Under the pieces are notes generated by a model, which saw only the letters and a list, made by a program, of their open reading frames with translations, was not told where the DNA came from and made no database searches. The position numbers and the translations under genes were made by a program. From NCBI GenBank assembly GCA_024405635.1, contig JAKSOL010000029.1:1-22696 (forward strand): DNA of 22,696 bases, given 5' to 3'. The stretch comes from Salinivirgaceae bacterium. GTDB taxonomy: Bacteria > Bacteroidota > Bacteroidia > Bacteroidales > SZUA-534. Below, one piece after another: positions 18,560-22,696 of this stretch; positions within the stretch are counted from its first letter, which is position 1; each line of letters starts with the position of its first letter.

Positions 18560-19792
18560 ATGAATCTGTTAGCATTCATAGCTAGACGTTATTTCTTTTC
18601 GCGCAAGTCGCACAACATCATCAACATTATTTCGGGCATATCAATGGCCGGTGTGGTGGTGTGTACTGCTGCGCTTGTTATCATTTTGTCGGTTTACAAT
18701 GGGTTCGACGACCTTATTAAGTCGATGTTTAGCACCTTCGACCCCGATATTAAGATAACAGCAGCCCAAGGAAAAACATTTAACCCCAATACCGATTCGC
18801 TAAAAGCAATAACAAACCTCAGTTATGTTGAGCTTGCGTGCCCAACGCTTGAGGAAAATGTGCTACTTGAGTACGAAAAACACATTCACCCAGCCACCAT
18901 TAAAGGTGTGCCTTTAAATTTTGCAGAACTTACTGGCATCGACTCAACAATTACTCGTGGAACGTTTACTTTGCACGATGGCCACAAGCCAATGGCTGTT
19001 GTTGGTACGGGTTTGGCTTACTATTTGTCGCTCAACATCAACTTTTTGTCGAGCATAAAAATTTATGTGCCAAAACGCAGTGGTAGCATCAGTTCACTCA
19101 ATCCCGAAAATGCCTTTAGCAAGGCGTATATTTTTCCGTCGGGAGTGTTTAACATTCAGCAAGAAATTGACAACAAATACATGCTTGTGCCAATTGATTT
19201 TGCGCGTAACTTGTTGGAGTACAGCCACTCACAGCAAGTAAGTGCGATTGAAATTAAACTGCGCAGCGGCACCAATGTTGCAAAAGCGCAAGACGAAATT
19301 GAGCAACTTGCAGGACCAAACTACGTGGTGCGCAACCAATATCAGCAACACGAGATGCTATACAAGGTGATGAAGTCGGAAAAAATGGCTATTTACCTTA
19401 TACTCACCTTTATACTCATTGTAAGCAGTTTTAATATGATTGGCTCAATATCGATGCTAATTATTGACAAGAAAAACGACATAGGCACACTTAACAATCT
19501 GGGAATGAGCAAAAAAGATGTTCAACGTATTTTTATGCTCGAGGGTTGGATAATTAGCATAGGAGGAGCCTTGATAGGTTTAATTATTGGAGCTGCCATT
19601 TGTTGGGGACAACAAACATTTGGTTGGTTAAAACTCGACTCAATGGGCACGTTTGTTATTAGCAACTACCCTGTAAAAATGATGGCATCGGACTTTGTTC
19701 TTTCATTGATAACCGTGCTTGGCATTGGTCTTTTTGCATCGTGGTACCCGATTAAATTGTTTACAAAAAAATACTTGGGCGAAAGCAAGTGA
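18560..19792 (+). CDS. Lipoprotein-releasing ABC permease (LolC/LolE, MacB-PCD + FtsX family)
   Basis: FIARRYF, ALVIILSVYNGF, a large periplasmic domain, then SSFNMIGSISMLIIDKK-DIGTL--LG and 3 C-terminal TMs ending ASWYP. Confidence 0.9.
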   Translation: MNLLAFIARRYFFSRKSHNIINIISGISMAGVVVCTAALVIILSVYNGFDDLIKSMFSTFDPDIKITAAQGKTFNPNTDSLKAITNLSYVELACPTLEENVLLEYEKHIHPATIKGVPLNFAELTGIDSTITRGTFTLHDGHKPMAVVGTGLAYYLSLNINFLSSIKIYVPKRSGSISSLNPENAFSKAYIFPSGVFNIQQEIDNKYMLVPIDFARNLLEYSHSQQVSAIEIKLRSGTNVAKAQDEIEQLAGPNYVVRNQYQQHEMLYKVMKSEKMAIYLILTFILIVSSFNMIGSISMLIIDKKNDIGTLNNLGMSKKDVQRIFMLEGWIISIGGALIGLIIGAAICWGQQTFGWLKLDSMGTFVISNYPVKMMASDFVLSLITVLGIGLFASWYPIKLFTKKYLGESK

Positions 19793-19822
19793 TGGTACTT
19801 CTTTTAAAATAAAACCACAAAC

Positions 19823-19861
19823 AAAAACCCCAACAACTGAATTAGCTCGGTTGCTGGGGTT
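19823..19861 (-). terminator. Intrinsic terminator for the T9SS cargo cluster (possibly bidirectional)
   Basis: Minus strand AACCCCAGCAACCGA-GCTAAT-TCAGTTGTTGGGGTT-TTT between convergent genes. Confidence 0.8.
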
Positions 19862-19891
19862 GGGTAATTATTTGAGAGAAATTGAACTGAC

Positions 19892-20467
19892 CTATTGTTT
19901 TACAATTTTTTCTGTTACTCCATTCTCATATTGAAGGATATACATGCCTGCTGGTAAGCTCTCAATGCTTTTGCCGCATATTTGCCTACCCATGCTGTCG
20001 TAAATGTTTACAACTTCTCCTTTTGGCTCAATTATTTGTGGTTTGGGGATTGATACGCTATCACTTATTTTATCGCCTGAGTAGTAACAATCTAACATTT
20101 GCATTATGTAACCACTCCAATAGCCAAAATCTATATGACCATCTTTAATGGTACCTGTTTTTTCGTTTCCATAGCAATATCTATCTCCATGTAATTCAAA
20201 ACATTGGTGGTCTGATATTTGAAAAGTACTATCGGTTAGCATTTCTGCAACTATTGCAAAAGGTTTTGTCATATTGTATGTAACAAATTTATTTGGCTCA
20301 TCTTCTTTTTTTGCGAAACTAAAAGTATGGTAACTATTATATATAGTGTCTGTAAGGTTGTGTTCTTCTACACAATATTTATATACATAATAAGTTCCTT
20401 CAAGTTGTGCAAAAATACAATTGTATGCCAACGCGCATATTATTGTTAAAAGGATTCTAATTTTCAT
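19892..20467 (-). CDS. Secreted hypothetical protein with short T9SS type A-like C-terminal sorting domain
   Basis: Sec signal peptide (MKIRILLTIICALAYNCIFA|Q) and C-terminal IYDSMGRQI...LPAGMYIL...TEKIVKQ. Confidence 0.75.
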   Translation of the reverse strand: MKIRILLTIICALAYNCIFAQLEGTYYVYKYCVEEHNLTDTIYNSYHTFSFAKKEDEPNKFVTYNMTKPFAIVAEMLTDSTFQISDHQCFELHGDRYCYGNEKTGTIKDGHIDFGYWSGYIMQMLDCYYSGDKISDSVSIPKPQIIEPKGEVVNIYDSMGRQICGKSIESLPAGMYILQYENGVTEKIVKQ

Positions 20468-20473
20468 AATTCA

Positions 20474-22315
20474 TCAATCTTTTTTTACACAGCAACCTTC
20501 GTTGCTTATTTTAAATTTAGCGCCTACTTGCGTCTTAAAACCAGGGTTTAAGGTTACTTTGTTAGCATCAAAAGTAACATTATCTGTACTTTTTACAACA
20601 ACATTACCACTAGTTGTAATGGTGACGGCATTTGTGTTTTTAGGCAAGCGGTCGGAACTTGTATATGTTTGGTATTCAACCCCATCGCAAAACTTAATAC
20701 TAAAGCTAATTGTTTCGCCTGGCTCAGAAATGTTGTTTATTGATATATTATAACGTGTTCCGTCGGAGAGAAAACAATAAAAATCTTCGTCTATCCCATT
20801 AAAACAATGCTTGTTGTTATTACCAGGTAGATAGGCATTAGAAACATCTCCATCATTCGTAAATACTCCTGTTTCTGATTGAGATAAGCCTGGACGAAAC
20901 ACATAAACACCATCTTTTTGTCCACCATAGCCTTCTCCATTTCTATTTCCGACATATTGTTCATTAATTCTATATACTATCAGTCCACTACCTGGAATTT
21001 GACTTTCAAATTTGCCACTCTCTCGTTTTTTTCTATACTCTAAAACAAAGTATTCATTGGGATTGTTAGTTGCCAACTTATAGCAGTTTTTTGTTTTACT
21101 CCATATTGGGTTTAAGGTATAAGTACCCGATTCGGTTATTTCAGGTATTTCATCAATCCATTTGCCATATTTATATTTCATATATGTGCCCATGTGTTGA
21201 GGATTTGTATTATTATTTCCCATCAAATCCCAACTACCTACAGGAGTCCCATATTCAACGTCTTTTTTATTATCTTTATATTGATAAAGGTCAGGTGCTC
21301 CTAATGAATGGAACATCTCGTGACACAAAACTCCAACATCTTTACTATTTGAATTTATTAGCCTATTTTCAAGGTGAAGATTGTAGGTGCCTATCTTTTT
21401 GCCTTTAATAGTAATATCTTCTTCCTCGAAATTAATACTAGGTAGCCATGCTTTGTGTGGCCATAGTAGATTGTTCCATCCATCAACTTCGCCACGTATT
21501 ATAAAACAAACATTATCTACCAAACTATTATTGTCTGCATCAAGGTTAATGTTATCAGATATGATTGTATCTACGTATTTAATGGCTTTTGATAACAATT
21601 CATATTCTCGTTTGTAACGAATGTTACGATCAATATTAATATCATAACCATCAGTATTCTCCTCGTTGTAAGGTTGGTAATAACCTCTACGTTTATCGTC
21701 TTGGTATGATACTATTTCGTTTCCATTGCATTGAGGAAAATAACTTTCGATGTATAAATTATTATACGACACCTCCTTAAAATAGTTGTACAAAGAAATG
21801 TCACCTGTGTTTTTCCCATTAAACATTAGCTCGTAGTCACTTTGGCGTTCTGGAAATTCATCTTCTCCTTTAAATCGAATGTAAATAACCAGGTTACACA
21901 TTTTAGTTTCTCCCTTTTGGCGTGAGAGTGAAGTACTAGCAATCTCAGATATTGACGTCCAACTAATTATTTCATCTCTGAATGCTGCTTTTTTTGCTGA
22001 GGACAAGCTAATGCCAGATGCCAATTTTAGCGCCTTGGGGCTTGCTTTACCAACAAGATGTTTGGTTGCATATAATTCTTCACTTTTGTTTAGGTCAGCA
22101 TAACAATAATAACCAGTTTCTGGGTCTTGTATTATTGTATAGCCATCGGCATCGTGAAGCCAGTTGTAAAACTCATCACCACTAGCATAAATATGAAGCA
22201 CTTCGCCCGAAGGTTGAGTTACAGTTACTGGAACGTTAGTTAAATACGCACCTTTGCTCGTTGTCCACAATAATAGCAACGTTATTACTGATATGTATTT
22301 TAATAACACTTTCAT
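20474..22315 (-). CDS. M6 family (immune inhibitor A-like) metzincin metalloprotease, secreted
   Basis: Signal peptide; propeptide VTQPSG...GDEFYNWLHD; SLYNYFKEVSY; LWPH; zinc motif HEMFHSLGAPDLY; Met-turn WDLMG; EYFVLEYR; GLIVYRIN. ATG 22315 preferred over GTG 22324. Confidence 0.92.
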   Translation of the reverse strand: MKVLLKYISVITLLLLWTTSKGAYLTNVPVTVTQPSGEVLHIYASGDEFYNWLHDADGYTIIQDPETGYYCYADLNKSEELYATKHLVGKASPKALKLASGISLSSAKKAAFRDEIISWTSISEIASTSLSRQKGETKMCNLVIYIRFKGEDEFPERQSDYELMFNGKNTGDISLYNYFKEVSYNNLYIESYFPQCNGNEIVSYQDDKRRGYYQPYNEENTDGYDINIDRNIRYKREYELLSKAIKYVDTIISDNINLDADNNSLVDNVCFIIRGEVDGWNNLLWPHKAWLPSINFEEEDITIKGKKIGTYNLHLENRLINSNSKDVGVLCHEMFHSLGAPDLYQYKDNKKDVEYGTPVGSWDLMGNNNTNPQHMGTYMKYKYGKWIDEIPEITESGTYTLNPIWSKTKNCYKLATNNPNEYFVLEYRKKRESGKFESQIPGSGLIVYRINEQYVGNRNGEGYGGQKDGVYVFRPGLSQSETGVFTNDGDVSNAYLPGNNNKHCFNGIDEDFYCFLSDGTRYNISINNISEPGETISFSIKFCDGVEYQTYTSSDRLPKNTNAVTITTSGNVVVKSTDNVTFDANKVTLNPGFKTQVGAKFKISNEGCCVKKD

Positions 22316-22328
22316 ATCACTCACAATA

Positions 22329-22696
22329 TTAGAAAGTTAACACCATGCGTTTTGTGTCAATTAGTTGGTCGTCAACTAATAGAGAATAAAGGTACATGCC
22401 AGCTTTTAGGTCGTTGCCTTCAATGGTTATTACGCCGCTGCTTTCAATGTTTAGTGGGAAACAACGCAATTGTTCTCCGTTCATGTTGTAAATGCAAATC
22501 ATTGCATTTTGGGCATCGTTGGCAAGTGTGTACTCAATTTGAGTCTCTTGGCTAAATGGATTTGGTGTGTTTTGGAACAATGAGTTTTCGGTACCAACTT
22601 CGTCTATTTCGGCAGGTTTAGTAGCTTTTAATGCTACTTGTGAATTGCCGTTTGCGGTGTTGGCGTTGCTCACATTGTTGCTACCGTTGCGTTTGT
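22329..22696 (-). CDS. T9SS type A sorting domain-containing protein, C-terminal fragment (5' end outside window)
   Basis: The frame stays open to the window edge (KRNGSNNVSNANTANG linker), followed by LFQNTPNPF...IYNMNG...LKAGMYLYSL...DTKRMVL, a type A CTD. Confidence 0.88.
   Translation of the reverse strand, partial: KRNGSNNVSNANTANGNSQVALKATKPAEIDEVGTENSLFQNTPNPFSQETQIEYTLANDAQNAMICIYNMNGEQLRCFPLNIESSGVITIEGNDLKAGMYLYSLLVDDQLIDTKRMVLTF

Noticed and set aside
20468-20480. Frameshift or stop splitting one protease-CTD gene into two
   Set aside because: The downstream ORF has its own ATG, a full signal peptide and a distinct mature domain, so it reads as an independent gene.
451-22555. Numerous short antisense or out-of-frame ORFs (e.g. 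586-975, 10253-10690, 13061-13447, 20421-20753, 21070-21408)
   Set aside because: They are shadows of well-supported genes, with no recognisable motifs or expression signals.
19793-22696. Prophage or mobile element at the right end
   Set aside because: No integrase, transposase, att-like repeats or phage structural genes are visible in the window.

Overview
This looks like a chromosomal segment from a Bacteroidota bacterium, probably Bacteroidales/Marinilabiliales-like. That call rests on TAnnTTTG -7 promoter elements, AT-rich leaders without Shine-Dalgarno sites, and T9SS C-terminal sorting domains. About 19.8 kb is mostly housekeeping: a stand-alone ammonium transporter; a DUF151/UVR bifunctional nuclease; a minus-strand operon (PTPS-folE-fabD-purB-MsbA-like ABC transporter-AlkD-like-YccA/BI-1); DUF1846; a PBP1A operon with a large uncharacterised membrane-anchored protein, an MntP-like gene and ruvC; a solo HsdR-N nuclease; and rbfA plus a LolC/E-type permease. 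The right end (19.9-22.7 kb) is a tight, partly AT-rich minus-strand cluster of secreted proteins: a T9SS-CTD protein cut by the window edge, an M6 metzincin protease without its own CTD, and a small Cys-containing CTD protein. This cluster is the best candidate for an undescribed system. I saw no rRNA, tRNA, CRISPR, IS or integrase. All family calls come from motifs recognised by eye, not from database searches.
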